Below, piece by piece: positions 39,690 through 51,113 of a stretch of 64,000 nucleotides of DNA. The translations under genes were made by a program, and so were the position numbers. Origin of the DNA: an uncultured Verrucomicrobiae bacterium (GTDB taxonomy: Bacteria > Verrucomicrobiota > Verrucomicrobiia > Palsa-1439); the NCBI GenBank assembly GCA_963812605.1, contig CAWEWF010000014.1:384001-448000 (forward strand). Reading direction: 5' to 3'. Every line of letters starts with the position of its first letter. Positions within the stretch are counted from its first letter, which is position 1. Under the pieces are notes generated by a model, which worked only from the letters and a program-made list of their open reading frames with translations, made no database searches and was not told the DNA's origin.

Positions 39690-40913
39690 ATGATTATTCG
39701 CGCTCGCTACATACTACCGATGGACCAACCGCCGATTGAAGACGGCGCGGTGGTGGTGGACGGCGGCAAGATTGCAGCCGTTGGCAAGACTTCGGACATT
39801 CGTGCGGCGCACACCGGCGACATCCGTGACCTGGGCGAACGCGTGCTTGCGCCCGGCCTGATCAATGCCCATTGCCATCTCGATTACACCCGGCTGCGCG
39901 GCGAGGTCGAATGGCGCGGCAGCTTCACCGGATGGATCCTGCAATTGGTCGCGGCGAAACAATTGCACCCGGAGAAGGAATTTGTCGGGGCCATTCCACG
40001 CGGGCTCGAGATGTTGGCGCGGTCCGGGACAACAACGGTGGTGAATATCGAGTCGTTTCCCCGGTTGATCGACCAGGTCCCGCCAACGAAGTTGCGGGTG
40101 TGGTGGTGCCTCGAACTCATTGACCTCAACCGGACGGACGAGGCCAAAGCCGTGGCGGACGGCGCGCTGGAATTCATCGCCGCGCACCCGGACGTGCGCG
40201 AGGGCTTCGGGCTTTCGCCGCACGCCCCGTACACGGCGAGTGGGGAGCTGTACCGGTTGTCCGCACAGTACGCGCGCGGTCGGAATATTCCCCTGACGAC
40301 GCATGTTGCGGAATCGGAGGAAGAGGATGAGATGATTCGACGGGGTACGGGACAAATGTACGATTACTTTCTGCGCGCCGGTCGCGACATGAGCGACTGC
40401 AAACGGGCCGGACCGGTTCAATTGTTGTCCGAGTATGGTGTGCTGGGGCCAGGCTGTATCGCGGCGCATGCGAATTGTCTCACGCCATTGGACATTACGC
40501 TGCTCCGACAGACCGGCACGCATGTGGTGCACTGCCCGAAGACGCATCGGTTCTTTCATCGCGATATGCCCTTTTTCCAGATCATGAAGGACCAGGGGAT
40601 CAATGTCTGCCTGGGCACGGACAGTCTGGCGAGCAACGATTCCCTGAATATGCTGGAGGAAATGCAGCAGATGGCGCAGGTCTTCCCGCGCCTGTCGTCG
40701 CAGGAGTTGTTGGAACTGGCGACGGTGAACGCGGCGAAAGCGTTGAACCAGGTCGGGAAACTGGGGAGGATCACGCCGGGTGCGTGGGCGGATTTGATCG
40801 CGGCGCCATTGGAGGGAGCGGGCGGCGATCCGTATGAGGCGATTGTGTTCGCAAACAAAGCGGTGAGCTTTTCAATGGTGGGGGGAGAGGTGCTTTTCGA
40901 TGAAACCAAATAG
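39690..40913 (+). CDS. Amidohydrolase family deaminase (MtaD/SsnA-like)
   Basis: PGLINAHCHLD, SPHAPY, THVAES, HCP, LGTDS. Confidence 0.85.
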   Translation: MIIRARYILPMDQPPIEDGAVVVDGGKIAAVGKTSDIRAAHTGDIRDLGERVLAPGLINAHCHLDYTRLRGEVEWRGSFTGWILQLVAAKQLHPEKEFVGAIPRGLEMLARSGTTTVVNIESFPRLIDQVPPTKLRVWWCLELIDLNRTDEAKAVADGALEFIAAHPDVREGFGLSPHAPYTASGELYRLSAQYARGRNIPLTTHVAESEEEDEMIRRGTGQMYDYFLRAGRDMSDCKRAGPVQLLSEYGVLGPGCIAAHANCLTPLDITLLRQTGTHVVHCPKTHRFFHRDMPFFQIMKDQGINVCLGTDSLASNDSLNMLEEMQQMAQVFPRLSSQELLELATVNAAKALNQVGKLGRITPGAWADLIAAPLEGAGGDPYEAIVFANKAVSFSMVGGEVLFDETK

Positions 40914-41529
40914 TGTGCGGGGTTGGTGCTGTGGCGGACTGGTGACGGCGATCTGTTTCGTGGGAAGCGGCACGCGGGTGTCCGGGCAGACAGCGCCAAC
41001 GACAGCCAATGCGGCAAAACTCAGCGATGAACAAATGGGAGAGATGTTGCAGGGTGCAATCCTGCTGGCGCGGATGGGGCTGTACGACGAAGCCGAGCAG
41101 CAATGCAACAAAATCCTGGCCCAGGACCCGAAGCAGCCGATGGTCAAACAGTTATTGGACGAGATCCAGGAAAAAAAGCGCCAGCAAGATTCCTCCTCGG
41201 ACTTGCGGCACAAGCTGGATGACACGGTGATCCGTGAGTTGAACGTGCGCGATGCGCCCGTGACGGATGTCATCGAGTTTCTGCGAACGGAGAGCGAAAA
41301 GGCTTCGACGGACAAGACCCCGGTCAACATTGTGTGGCAAGCTCCCGAGTCGTCGAAGGCCGCGAAGGTCACCTTGAATCTGCACAACATCCCGTTCGCC
41401 GACGTATTGAAGTACGTGACCGAGAGTGCGGGGCTCCGTTACCGCACCGACTCGCACGCCATTGTCATCTACAAACCGTTGCCGACCGCGCCGAAAGACT
41501 CCGCGCCTGCGAATGTCAAACCTGAATGA
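40900..41529 (+). CDS. Exported protein with TPR-like helix pair and STN/secretin N-domain-like fold
   Basis: Signal peptide; EL.VRDAPV.DVIEFL, VTLNL.NIPF.DVLKYV...AGL.Y. Confidence 0.6.
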   Translation: MKPNSVRGWCCGGLVTAICFVGSGTRVSGQTAPTTANAAKLSDEQMGEMLQGAILLARMGLYDEAEQQCNKILAQDPKQPMVKQLLDEIQEKKRQQDSSSDLRHKLDDTVIRELNVRDAPVTDVIEFLRTESEKASTDKTPVNIVWQAPESSKAAKVTLNLHNIPFADVLKYVTESAGLRYRTDSHAIVIYKPLPTAPKDSAPANVKPE

Positions 41530-42679
41530 CCAACTCGGCGCTGAACTCGACAAGTCTCGTGCGGAGGGCCTCTACCGGAGCCTGCGGACGATCACCTCCG
41601 CGCAAGGTCCGCGCATTGTGCTCGACGGCCGCGAACTGCTCAACTTCTCCAGCAACGATTACCTCGGACTGGCGAACGATCCCGCGTTGAAACGGGCTGC
41701 GGTGGCGGCGATTGAAAAGTACGGGGTCGGCGCGGGCGCCTCGCGCCTTGTCTGTGGCAACCTGCAACCATACGAAGACCTGGAGCGCAAACTCGCCGCG
41801 TTCAAGGCCCGGGAAGCGGCGATTGTTTTTAGCAGCGGTTATGCAGCCAATATCGGCGCCATCGCCGCGCTGGTTGGCGAAGGTGACATGGTCATCCTGG
41901 ACAAACTCAACCACGCCAGCATTATCGATGGCGCGCGGCAGAGCGGTGCGACGATTCGCGTGTATCCGCACAAGAATCTCGCGAAACTGGAAGCCATCCT
42001 GCAGCAGGGCGACGCGATTCGCCGCAAGCTGATCGTGACCGAGACGGTGTTCTCGATGGACGGCGATCTTGCGCCATTGGCTGAAATCGTTGCCTTGAAA
42101 GAGAAATACGGCGCGTGGTTGATGATCGATGAAGCGCATGCGACGGGATTATACGCCAGTAATCGTCGGGGCATCGCGGAAGCCGTCGGCGTCGAGGACC
42201 GGGTCGACATCATGCTTGGCACGCTCAGCAAGGCGCTTGGTTGCGCTGGAGGCTTTGTGGTGGGTTCGCAGGTGCTCATCGACTTTTTACGGAATCGCGC
42301 GCGCAGCCTGATCTACTCGACGGCGTTGCCGCCGTCGGTGTGCGCAGCGGCGGCGGCGGCGGTTGATTTCGTGATGAGCGAGGACGGCCACCAGCGCCGT
42401 GATCAGCTCTGGCGGAACGTGAGCGCCATGAAGAACGGCTTGTCGGCGGCCGGTATGGCGAATGAGTCGCGCAGCCCGATCATCCCGATCATTATCGGCG
42501 AAGAAGGCGCGGCGGTCGAAATCTCACGCCAGTTACAAGAGCGCGGTATTTTTGTTCCTGCAATCCGCTTCCCGACCGTGCCCAAGGGCAAAGCGCGCTT
42601 GCGTGTGACCGTGACGGCGGCGCATCAACAGGCGGACATCGAACAGTTTTTGAAGGAGTTTGGTGACCTCGCTCGCTGA
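41513..42679 (+). CDS. bioF: 8-amino-7-oxononanoate synthase
   Basis: FSSNDYLGL, GASRLV.G, SGYAAN, NHASIIDG, FSMDGD, DEAH, GTLSKA. Confidence 0.95.
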   Translation: MSNLNDQLGAELDKSRAEGLYRSLRTITSAQGPRIVLDGRELLNFSSNDYLGLANDPALKRAAVAAIEKYGVGAGASRLVCGNLQPYEDLERKLAAFKAREAAIVFSSGYAANIGAIAALVGEGDMVILDKLNHASIIDGARQSGATIRVYPHKNLAKLEAILQQGDAIRRKLIVTETVFSMDGDLAPLAEIVALKEKYGAWLMIDEAHATGLYASNRRGIAEAVGVEDRVDIMLGTLSKALGCAGGFVVGSQVLIDFLRNRARSLIYSTALPPSVCAAAAAAVDFVMSEDGHQRRDQLWRNVSAMKNGLSAAGMANESRSPIIPIIIGEEGAAVEISRQLQERGIFVPAIRFPTVPKGKARLRVTVTAAHQQADIEQFLKEFGDLAR

Positions 42680-43937
42680 CAAAGACCATCGTTACCTCTG
42701 GCACCCGTTTACGCAGATGAAGGATTGGCTGGCGGAGGAGCCGGTCATTATCGAGGCGGGGGAAGGCGCGACGCTGCGGGACACGAACGGGCGCGAATAT
42801 ATCGATGCCAACTCTTCGATCTGGACGAACCTGCATGGTCACCGTCATCTTGCGATTACACAAGCGATTAAGGATCAGCTCGACCAAATCGCCCACTCGT
42901 CGTTTCTCGGGCTTTCGAATGTGCCGGCCAGCCAGTTGGCGGAGAAGTTGATCAACGTCGCGCCGGGCGGGTTGACGCGCGTATTTTATTCGGACGACGG
43001 TTCGACCGCAATGGAAGTCGCCATCAAGATGGCGTTGCAGTACTGGCAGCACCGGCGAGAACCGCAACGCACCAAGTTTGTGGCGTTCGCCGATGCCTAT
43101 CACGGTGACACGCTCGGCGCGGTCAGCTTGGGCGGGATCGACCTGTTTCAGGCGGCGTTCAAGCCGTTGCTGTTCGATGTAGTCCGCGTGAAAGACATGG
43201 CAGGATTACGGAGTGCGGCGGACGGCACGCTGGCGGCGGTCGCAATCGAGCCACTGATTCAGGGGGCGGCCGGGATGAAGTTGTGGCCGGGCGGCTTGTT
43301 GAAAGAATTGCGCGCTTTCTGCACGAAAAACGGGGCGCTGCTGATCGTGGATGAGGTCATGACGGGTTTTGGGCGCACCGGAAAGATGTTTGCCTGCGAG
43401 CATGAAGAAGTGACGCCCGATTTGATGGCGGTAGCGAAGGGATTGACGGGCGGTTATCTACCGCTGGCGGCGACGCTGACCACGGAAGAAATATTCGCCG
43501 CGTTCCTCGGTGACTACAGTGAGTTCAAGACGTTTTTTCACGGTCACAGTTACACCGGCAACCAACTCGGCTGCGCGGCGGCGCTGGCGAACTTGCGGGT
43601 CTTCGAGGAGGAACGAACCTTGGAGAAGCTGCACCCGTTTTGCGAGCAGTTGCGGGGAGGGCTTGAGGCATTGCGTACGCTTCCGCATGTCGGAGATGTA
43701 CGTCATCTGGGGATGATCGGCGCCGTGGAATTGTTCAAGGACGTAACCACGAAAGAACCGTTCCCGCTGGCGGACAAAATGGGCATTCGTGTGTGCGCGG
43801 AGATGCGCCGGCGCGGCGTCCTGACGCGACCGATTGGCAACACGATCGTTCTTATGCCGCCGTATTGCATCAGTCACACGCAACTGGATCGGGTGTTGAG
43901 CGTTCTTGCGGAATCAATCCGGATCGTGGTAGCTTAG
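42660..43937 (+). CDS. bioA: Adenosylmethionine--8-amino-7-oxononanoate transaminase
   Basis: LWHPFTQM, SSIW...HGH, SDDGSTAMEVAIKMA, YHGDT, DEVMTGFGRTG, KGLTGGYLP, HGHSYTGN. Confidence 0.95.
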   Translation: MVTSLADKDHRYLWHPFTQMKDWLAEEPVIIEAGEGATLRDTNGREYIDANSSIWTNLHGHRHLAITQAIKDQLDQIAHSSFLGLSNVPASQLAEKLINVAPGGLTRVFYSDDGSTAMEVAIKMALQYWQHRREPQRTKFVAFADAYHGDTLGAVSLGGIDLFQAAFKPLLFDVVRVKDMAGLRSAADGTLAAVAIEPLIQGAAGMKLWPGGLLKELRAFCTKNGALLIVDEVMTGFGRTGKMFACEHEEVTPDLMAVAKGLTGGYLPLAATLTTEEIFAAFLGDYSEFKTFFHGHSYTGNQLGCAAALANLRVFEEERTLEKLHPFCEQLRGGLEALRTLPHVGDVRHLGMIGAVELFKDVTTKEPFPLADKMGIRVCAEMRRRGVLTRPIGNTIVLMPPYCISHTQLDRVLSVLAESIRIVVA

Positions 43938-43963
43938 GTTCGTGGTGGCCAGAAGGGTAAATT

Positions 43964-44782
43964 ATGGTCCGTCCACCCGCAGTAGCAGGGCAATTCTACC
44001 CGGAGACCGCATCGGAGGTCGATACGGCTCTCCAGGCGCTCATCCCTCTGTCGGCTTCCAAACGCCGCGCGATTGCGGTCGTTTGTCCGCACGCGGGTTG
44101 GACGTATTCGGGCCGCACGGCTGGTTTCGTCTATTCCCAGGTGGAAATCCCCGACCGCGTTATTCTCGTCGGCCCGAATCATCACGGCATTGGCAGTGAG
44201 TATGCCGTGTATGGCTCCGGTTCGTGGCACACACCCACGGGTGACGTGCCGATTGCCGAGCCGCTGGCCGCCGCGCTGCTGGACAATTGCGAATTACTTG
44301 CCGACGACCTGCGCGCCCATGGTGGCGAGCATTCCCTTGAGGTGCAGGTTCCCATGCTTTTGCGCGCCAATCCCAACGTGCGAATTGTGCCGCTGCTCAT
44401 CGGTGGTGGCTGGCCGGAGGGTGGCGGACGCCGCAACCTGCGGGAGATTGGCGCAGCCATAACCCAAACGATACAGGAATTCGGGAGGCCCGTCCTGCTG
44501 CTTGCGTCGACCGACCTCAATCACTACGAGGATCAGGAAACCTCGCACATTAAAGACAAATTGGTGTTGGACGCGCTGGTGAAATTGGATGAAGAGGCGT
44601 TGATGGACCACGTGATCGATGTGGAAGTATCGATGTGCGGGGTGGCAGCCACGTATATTGTGCTCCACGCCGCCAAGAAGCTCGGGGCGAAACGCGCCGA
44701 ATTGCTCGACTACCGCACGAGCGGCGACGTCAATGGCGATTTTGCGCGGGTGGTGGGTTACGGCGCGGCGGTGATTGAGTGA
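43964..44782 (+). CDS. amrB: AmmeMemoRadiSam system protein B (MEMO1 family)
   Basis: RPPAVAGQFYP, PHAG..YSG, GPNH, EHSLEVQ, STDLNHY, SMCG, TSGDV, VVGY. Confidence 0.9.
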   Translation: MVRPPAVAGQFYPETASEVDTALQALIPLSASKRRAIAVVCPHAGWTYSGRTAGFVYSQVEIPDRVILVGPNHHGIGSEYAVYGSGSWHTPTGDVPIAEPLAAALLDNCELLADDLRAHGGEHSLEVQVPMLLRANPNVRIVPLLIGGGWPEGGGRRNLREIGAAITQTIQEFGRPVLLLASTDLNHYEDQETSHIKDKLVLDALVKLDEEALMDHVIDVEVSMCGVAATYIVLHAAKKLGAKRAELLDYRTSGDVNGDFARVVGYGAAVIE

Positions 44783-44793
44783 GGGAAACTGCG

Positions 44794-45204
44794 ATGACAA
44801 GGGAAGAGTTTATTTCGCTGAAGACTGCAGCCGAGCACCAGTCAAACCGCCTCCCGCGAAATATCATTTGGGCCCTTTATGGTGGGTTCATCATGGCCTT
44901 CGTTTTTGTTCTCCTTATTTGGCTATTAGAACTGTGTGGTGTAGAAAGACTGGATCCGCGCTTCCGAAATGATCCCGCCGAGGTTATGGCAGATTTTCGA
45001 GTTGGAATGCTGTGGGTTTTCGGTATGGCCGTTGTTGTCCTCGGCTTAATACTGCTCGCATACTGGATAGCTGTTCGCAGATTCAGAAATAGATTTTGGT
45101 TGAGATGTCCGTCATGCTACAAATTCCTGACGGATGACGCTGAAAAGAGTGCTGTCGCGACGGGCTGTTGTGGTCATTGCGGACAACTAGTGTTCGATGA
45201 ATGA
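44794..45204 (+). CDS. Hypothetical two-TM protein with C-terminal Zn-finger-like motif
   Basis: Two hydrophobic helices, CPSC..CGHCG; visibly more AT-rich than neighbours. Confidence 0.55.
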   Translation: MTREEFISLKTAAEHQSNRLPRNIIWALYGGFIMAFVFVLLIWLLELCGVERLDPRFRNDPAEVMADFRVGMLWVFGMAVVVLGLILLAYWIAVRRFRNRFWLRCPSCYKFLTDDAEKSAVATGCCGHCGQLVFDE

Positions 45205-45265
45205 CTTTGAATGGCGCCTTGGAGGTAGTTTGATTTTAGATGAACCACTGCTATGGCCATCGGGT

Positions 45266-45294
45266 TTGACTTCCGGTGACGGGCTTGTTACATT
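45266..45294 (+). promoter_or_regulatory. sigma70-type promoter of the Fe-S carrier gene
   Basis: TTGACT-N17-TACATT. Confidence 0.65.
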
Positions 45295-45309
45295 CCGATG
45301 GAGAACAAC

Positions 45310-45627
45310 ATGATTACACTGACAGAGAACGCCAGGAAGCATATTAAGACACTGCAAGCCGATCAAGGCGCGCCGGGGAAAGCTTTGCGTGTGTACGTGG
45401 ATGCGGGTGGTTGCTCCGGCATGGAATACGGCATGGCGTTCGATGAGAAGAAGGCCGAGGACGAAGTGGTGGCGCAGGACGGCGTCGAGGTCGTGATCGA
45501 TCCGATGAGCATGAATTTTCTCAAGGGTAGCGAGATCGATTACGTGGACAGCCTGCAAGGGTCGGGGTTCAAGATCAAGAACCCGAACGTGCATTCGAGT
45601 TGCGGCTGCGGCAAGTCGTTCAATTGA
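45310..45627 (+). CDS. HesB/IscA/ErpA iron-sulfur cluster carrier protein
   Basis: GGCSG..Y, IDY, GF.I.NPN...SCGCGKSF. Confidence 0.93.
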   Translation: MITLTENARKHIKTLQADQGAPGKALRVYVDAGGCSGMEYGMAFDEKKAEDEVVAQDGVEVVIDPMSMNFLKGSEIDYVDSLQGSGFKIKNPNVHSSCGCGKSFN

Positions 45628-45642
45628 TAATTTAGGCAGATT

Positions 45643-45729
45643 CGTTTGGGGAGCCTTTCGGGGCTGAGATTCCGCACGAGGCGGGAGACCCATGGAACCT
45701 GACCCGGGTAATGCCGGCGTAGGGAAACA
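45643..45729 (+). promoter_or_regulatory. TPP riboswitch
   Basis: GGGGAGC..GCTGAGA..GACCC..GAACCTGACCCGGGTAATGCCGGCGTAGGGA consensus directly upstream of thiC. Confidence 0.93.
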
Positions 45730-45735
45730 TAGCGC

Positions 45736-45770
45736 AAGGCCGACTCCTGGATTCAGAGTCGGCTTTTTTT
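45736..45770 (+). terminator. Intrinsic terminator (riboswitch expression platform)
   Basis: GCCGACTC-loop-GAGTCGGC followed by T7. Confidence 0.85.
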
Positions 45771-45776
45771 GTTTGG

Positions 45777-45794
45777 CCCCGAAGGCTTTCGGGG
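45777..45794. repeat. 18-bp palindrome CCCCGAAGGCTTTCGGGG (copy 3, one mismatch)
   Basis: 17/18 identical to the copies at 4016 and 22521. Confidence 0.8.
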
Positions 45795-45806
45795 TAAAAG
45801 GAGTGA

Positions 45807-47579
<1,773 letters not shown>

Positions 47580-47604
47580 AGCATCTACCGAATCGGAATT
47601 GCGC

Positions 47605-48108
47605 ATGCCTGATTCTTCATCCATTCCGTTGGCGGAGATTCTGCGCGCCGCAAACAAACTGGTCGAGACAGGATTGATCGAAGATTATGCGTTGGGCGGC
47701 GCACTGGCGGCGATTTATTACGTTGAGCCATTTACGACGTACGACGCAGATTTGTTTTACACCCCCGTCGACAAGAGTCTCAGCGCTGGAATACCGGCCA
47801 TCTACGCCCAATTGCAGGCGGAAGGCTGGAAGCTCGAAGGTGACCACCTTACGGCGCACGGTTTCCCCGTCCGGTTTCTCGCCGCTCATGGTCTTACGGA
47901 AGAGGCGGTTCGCGAGGCGCGCGCGGTCGAATTCGAAGGCGTGCCGTCGAAAGTGTTCCGCGCGGAGCACATCGTGGCTATTGCCGCGAGCGTTGGACGC
48001 TACAAAGACCTCGCTCGCATCGAACAAATGCTTCAGCAAGGTGATCTGGACAAAATTCTGCTGGAAAAAATTCTCCGACGGCATAAACTAAAGCTGCCGA
48101 CCACATGA
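47605..48108 (+). CDS. Putative nucleotidyltransferase (Pol-beta superfamily-like)
   Basis: YALGGALA..YY.EP..TYDAD and late R.KD motif. Confidence 0.65.
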   Translation: MPDSSSIPLAEILRAANKLVETGLIEDYALGGALAAIYYVEPFTTYDADLFYTPVDKSLSAGIPAIYAQLQAEGWKLEGDHLTAHGFPVRFLAAHGLTEEAVREARAVEFEGVPSKVFRAEHIVAIAASVGRYKDLARIEQMLQQGDLDKILLEKILRRHKLKLPTT

Positions 48109-48254
48109 AGCTAGGAATGCGACAAAGATTGGCCAAGGAAAGCTTTGAGGAGAAAATCCGCAAAGTCAGCCAGCTCATTCGACTGGCCCGTTCCGTCCAA
48201 CGTCCGACGGCGAAAGCTGCGCCGTATAGGAGCCCCCGCACCTTTGCTCGATGA
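48105..48254 (+). CDS. Small basic helical protein (49 aa) coupled to the nucleotidyltransferase
   Basis: ATGA overlap; MKLGMRQRLAKESFEEKIRKVSQLIRLAR...; too short for the ORF track. Confidence 0.45.
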   Translation: MKLGMRQRLAKESFEEKIRKVSQLIRLARSVQRPTAKAAPYRSPRTFAR

Positions 48255-48284
48255 TACCCACAGGCCCGGTACGCCGCGTAGGGT

Positions 48285-48638
48285 CTACCCGCCTTGATAG
48301 ACCGCGTCACCGAAACCGAGAATCGGGTAAAAAATGAAGGGCAGGAAGATGAGGCCCAGGACAAAGCCAGCCCCTTTTCCGAAATTGGCCGCCACGCCGG
48401 CGATGGCCAGGATTCCCACGATGATGTTGACGATGGGGATCAGCATCAGGATCAGCCACCAGCCGGGCTTCCCGGCGACCTGCAGGAGCACATAGGCGTT
48501 ATAAATCGGAATTAACACCGCCCAGCCCGGTTGCCCGGCCTTCGTGAAAACTTTCCACATCCCGGCAATCATAATAAAGACGATTGCCAGTTCAATGATC
48601 AGAAAGAACCCGACTCCACCTGCGAGTAAACCGTTCAT
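48285..48638 (-). CDS. DUF5684/DUF805-like membrane protein
   Basis: WKVFTKAGQPGWA.LIPIYN, FGKG.GF.LGL, ILGFGDA.Y; GGAGG RBS. Confidence 0.8.
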   Translation of the reverse strand: MNGLLAGGVGFFLIIELAIVFIMIAGMWKVFTKAGQPGWAVLIPIYNAYVLLQVAGKPGWWLILMLIPIVNIIVGILAIAGVAANFGKGAGFVLGLIFLPFIFYPILGFGDAVYQGG

Positions 48639-48790
48639 CACTGTGGCCTCCGAGTTTAGTGGTTTATGTTTGGGCAACCGATCGGTGTCTTGGAAGGTCT
48701 GTATGAAAGCAAATTGTCAGCGTAGTATCAAGAACCTTCATCAAACGCACAGAACACGACAGTCGGTGGTGATGATGGCCAACTGTTAGC

Positions 48791-48828
48791 AAAAAAAGAA
48801 CCCCGACACCGGAGCGTCGGGGTTCTTT
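48791..48828 (-). terminator. Intrinsic terminator of the pilin-like gene
   Basis: AAAGAACCCCGAC/GTCGGGGTTCTTT stem with a T7 tract on the minus strand, 17 bp after the stop. Confidence 0.8.
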
Positions 48829-48844
48829 CGTGAGAATACTGGTA

Positions 48845-49471
48845 TTAATCCGCGGAGACAACCGCTGCCTGGCTGTTCGTGCCCACCAGGGCCGACAGGC
48901 TGTTATTCCAAGACACGTGTCCGTCGTTGTACAGAACGTTGCCGCCGGCATCTTTGTGAGGCGCGGGCATACCAACGCCACTGCCGCTGACGAGCCACTT
49001 GGCGCCCTTGGTATAGGTGGTGGGCGTGGTGTCCGCCATGCGATCCAACGCGAGGATCGAATCCGGTTGATCCTGCCAGATGATGAAGGGGCAGTAAGCG
49101 TAGCTGATGTTGCTATTGGCCGAGATTGAAGTGTCCAGCGGATAGCTTGCCGTCAGCTTCCGGGAACTGTCGCTCGGGCAGGTGAAGATCTTTGCGGATG
49201 TGATCGTGTTGCTCAACAGGTTAAAAGAAGCGCCCAGATTGGGGGTGCTCAAATTATCCAGGGGCACACGACCGTTGTAGTTATCGGCATACATGGCGAT
49301 GCCCAAGCCGATCTGCTTGAGATTGCTCAAGCAATTGGCGCGACGCGCCTTTTCGCGGGCCTGGTTAAGCGCCGGCAGCAGCATGGCCGCCAGGATCCCG
49401 ATAATTGCGATGACGACCAGCAGCTCAATCAATGTGAAGCCGCCGATCTTGATTCTTGTTAACCGTTTCAT
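48845..49471 (-). CDS. Prepilin-type N-terminal cleavage/methylation protein with H-X9-DG motif (DUF1559-like)
   Basis: [40 protein letters not shown]; CPSD; [15 protein letters not shown]. Confidence 0.92.
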   Translation of the reverse strand: MKRLTRIKIGGFTLIELLVVIAIIGILAAMLLPALNQAREKARRANCLSNLKQIGLGIAMYADNYNGRVPLDNLSTPNLGASFNLLSNTITSAKIFTCPSDSSRKLTASYPLDTSISANSNISYAYCPFIIWQDQPDSILALDRMADTTPTTYTKGAKWLVSGSGVGMPAPHKDAGGNVLYNDGHVSWNNSLSALVGTNSQAAVVSAD

Positions 49472-49619
49472 TTCTGGTGATGCCTCCATGGTATTGGTTA
49501 GGAATGTGTGCCCATCCGCTTCTTCGGGACCGCCTCGCGCCGCCACCGACACCTCCGCTAGTCCCTGTCTAAAGACAACACCCAGATACCAATTGTGCTG
49601 CACATTTTCAACCCGTAAA

Positions 49620-49635
49620 TGCAAACACCTTGCCA
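49620..49635 (-). promoter_or_regulatory. sigma54 (-24/-12) promoter of the pilin-like gene
   Basis: TGGCAAGGTGTTTGCA (GG-N10-GC) about 150 bp upstream of the start. Confidence 0.65.
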
Positions 49636-49919
49636 TTGGCGCATTTCGCAACCCCTCGCTGCAAATGCTTCAATCGTGATATGAAGGGGTTACGTAAAGC
49701 AGTCATATCACCGGAAATCTTCATTACAAATTCGTAATGTGCCACCGGTTGACGATTTTGCAGCCTACCGCTTGCTGCGGGACAAGTGTGGGTAAACCTT
49801 TACCAGTTCGTGGTCGATGCAGCGCTTCGCGGTATTTGCCCGGAGAAGAAGCACTGCGGCAAAGTCAGCGAGCTTTTTATACTGGGAATCGCGAAAGATT
49901 TCTGTACCATCTGAAGATT

Positions 49920-50550
49920 ATGATTACCGTAACCCGCCGTGCATTCATTGTCGTGTCGGCCGCATTGGCGCTGCTGCCTTTGACGGGGCGCGCTGAGCTA
50001 CCGATGGCGCCGGAGAAAGTGCAACCGCTGGCCAAGGGTGTTCCGGTGCCAGATGTCACACTCAAAACTGTCGATGGGAAGAATTTCGCCTTGAGGGCGG
50101 AAACGGAGGCCCAGCCGACGGTCATTATTTTTTATCGTGGCGGATGGTGTCCGTACTGCAACGCACATCTGGCGGACGTGCAGAAGGCCGAGAAAGATTT
50201 GCTCGCCCTGGGGTATCGCATTCTCGCCATCTGCCCGGACCGGGCTTCAGCTCTCCGCGCCACCATGGATGACGACCACCTGACGTATACGCTCCTCTCC
50301 GACGCGGACATGCAAGCTACGGGAGCTTTTGGCCTCGCTTATGGCCTGGACGACGCGACGGCAGAAAAGTACAAGAGCTTTGGTGTTCCGCTGACCGCGC
50401 AACATGACGGGCATTTCTGGTTCCGGTACGGCCGTGTACATTGTGGGCAAGGATGGACGGATCGCCTTCGCGCATTGGGATCCTGATTACAAGGTGCGCC
50501 TGAGCGGCGCCGAATTGTTAAAGGCCGCCCGGGAAGCATCCGCAAAGTAA
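49920..50550 (+). CDS. Exported peroxiredoxin-like (AhpC/TSA) protein (frameshift near 50420-50430)
   Basis: Signal peptide; FYRGGWCPYC; C-terminus AVYIVGKDGRI.FAH..PDYKVR in another frame. Confidence 0.85.
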
Positions 50551-50551
50551 A

Positions 50552-51043
50552 TTGAATTCATCACGAGCCATTGATTCCGGGGTAAAAATCGGTCACGTGC
50601 ATCTCAAGGTGGCCGACCTCGAACGGTCGTTGGCGTTTTATCGGGATGTACTCGGTTTTGAAGTGACGCAGCGCCACGGGAACAGCGTGGCGTTTATCTC
50701 GGCGGGCGATTATCACCATCATATCGGCCTGAACACGTGGGAAAGTGAAGGCGGATCACCGCCTGAACCAGGCACGACCGGATTGTATCACCTCGCCATT
50801 CTCTATCCCACGCGTGCCCTTCTGGCGGATGCGCTGCGGCGACTTGCGAAAGCGGGGATTTCCCTCGAAGGCGCTTCCGACCACGGCGTGAGCGAGGCGC
50901 TCTACCTGCGCGACCCGGATGGCAACGGCGTGGAACTTTATTGGGACCGCCCCAAAGAGCAATGGCCGCGTTCACCTGACGGCGGCGTGGCGATGTTTAC
51001 CCATCCACTGGACCTGGATGCGCTGCTCAAGGAAGCGGCGTGA
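50552..51043 (+). CDS. VOC family protein (CatE/glyoxalase-like)
   Basis: IGHVHLKV.DL, YHHHIGLNTW, GLYHLAI, SDHGVSEALYL.DPDGNGVELY. Confidence 0.9.
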   Translation: MNSSRAIDSGVKIGHVHLKVADLERSLAFYRDVLGFEVTQRHGNSVAFISAGDYHHHIGLNTWESEGGSPPEPGTTGLYHLAILYPTRALLADALRRLAKAGISLEGASDHGVSEALYLRDPDGNGVELYWDRPKEQWPRSPDGGVAMFTHPLDLDALLKEAA

Positions 51044-51113
51044 GTGGATTGGTTGAGAGAGAGTGTGTGCGGTTAAGCTTTTCTCCAGCATAAATTACCG
51101 GTACAACATCTAC

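Noticed and set aside
45652-45665. CTTTCGGGG in the riboswitch as another palindrome copy
   Set aside because: Explained as the P3 stem with a UUCG tetraloop; the left arm is missing
48801-48822. CCCCGAC..GTCGGGG as a member of the palindrome family
   Set aside because: The spacer is 10 nt rather than 6 and it is fully explained as a terminator stem
49472-49919. c-di-GMP or other riboswitch upstream of the pilin-like gene
   Set aside because: No recognisable aptamer consensus seen on either strand
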